Positions 38,227-38,703 of a DNA stretch of 38,703 nucleotides are shown here, one piece after another. The DNA comes from a virus. Taxonomy: Duplodnaviria; Heunggongvirae; Uroviricota; Caudoviricetes. Where the stretch lies: the IMG/VR virus record IMGVR_UViG_2724679538_000007, positions 1-38,703 of that record. One strand, 5' to 3'. Numbering within the stretch: the first letter of the stretch is position 1; each line of letters opens with the position of its first letter. The notes beneath the pieces were generated by a model, which worked only from the letters and a program-made list of their open reading frames with translations, made no database searches and had not been told where the DNA came from. The translations under genes were made by a program, and so were the position numbers.

Positions 38227-38703
38227 TTAACTAAACATCGCAGTAATCGAGGCGCTTGCCAGAGAGTGGAAATGGACGTTAAACCCGACCATCGCGCCAC
38301 TGGCACCTTCATCGACATCAATACGTTCTACATCCAGCGCGTGAACGGTAAAAATGTAGCGATGAGTTTCGCCCTTCGGCGGCGCTGCGCCATCGTACCC
38401 AGTTTTACCAAAGTCAGTTCGCGTCTGCAAAACGCCGTCTGGCATTGCTACCAGACCAGAGCCAAACCCTTGCGGTAATACGCGGGTATCAGCGGGTAAG
38501 TTAACAACTACCCAGTGCCACCAGCCAGAGCCAGTTGGCGCATCCGGGTCGTAGCAGGTGACGACAAAACTTTTGGTTCCCGCAGGAACATCATCCCATG
38601 CCAGATGCGGCGAAATATTATCGCCATCGTAACCCATGCCGTTAAAGACATGGCGATGCGGCAGCTTATCGCCATCGCGCAGATCATTACTAATGAGTTT
38701 CAT
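38227..38703 (-). CDS. ybhB: Host PEBP-family protein YbhB (158 aa), adjacent to lambda attB
   Basis: MKLISNDLRDGDKLPHRHVFNGMGYDGDNISPHLAWDDVPAGTKSFVVTCYDPDAP matches E. coli YbhB as I recall it; its start codon is at the window edge. Confidence 0.9.
   Translation of the reverse strand: MKLISNDLRDGDKLPHRHVFNGMGYDGDNISPHLAWDDVPAGTKSFVVTCYDPDAPTGSGWWHWVVVNLPADTRVLPQGFGSGLVAMPDGVLQTRTDFGKTGYDGAAPPKGETHRYIFTVHALDVERIDVDEGASGAMVGFNVHFHSLASASITAMFS

Overview
This window is almost an entire lambdoid prophage, running from the integrase stop codon (position 1, minus strand) to attR and the host gene ybhB at the right edge (the classical lambda attB locus; attL and the other host flank lie outside the window). 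The phage is a lambda/P22 mosaic. Lambda-like parts: int/xis, a CI-Cro-CII immunity region with its own operator repeats, an O-like initiator with ori iterons, ninB/rusA/ninH, Q, PR', Rz/Rz1. P22-like parts: Erf recombinase, a gp24-type N protein with nutL/nutR, and the whole virion module (terS, terL, portal, scaffold, coat, gp4, gp10, gp26 needle, gp14, ejection proteins gp7/gp20/gp16, tailspike). The lysis cassette is a pinholin-type holin plus SAR endolysin. An AT-rich gtrA-gtrB-gtrC O-antigen glucosylation operon sits next to attR. Candidates for undescribed biology, all unproven: (i) a small polytopic membrane protein co-transcribed with cI in the rexAB position; (ii) an antisense island between gp16 and the tailspike (the P22 immI/sieA position) with a lipoprotein, an HExxH mini-protein and a YjzC-like gene; (iii) an HNH homing endonuclease inserted at the 5' end of gene 10, leaving a duplicated, recoded target; (iv) several unknown small genes in the PL operon and next to int. 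All homology calls are from reading the six-frame translations and from memory of the protein families; no database search was run, and coordinates of short motifs are counted by hand and may be off by a base or two.
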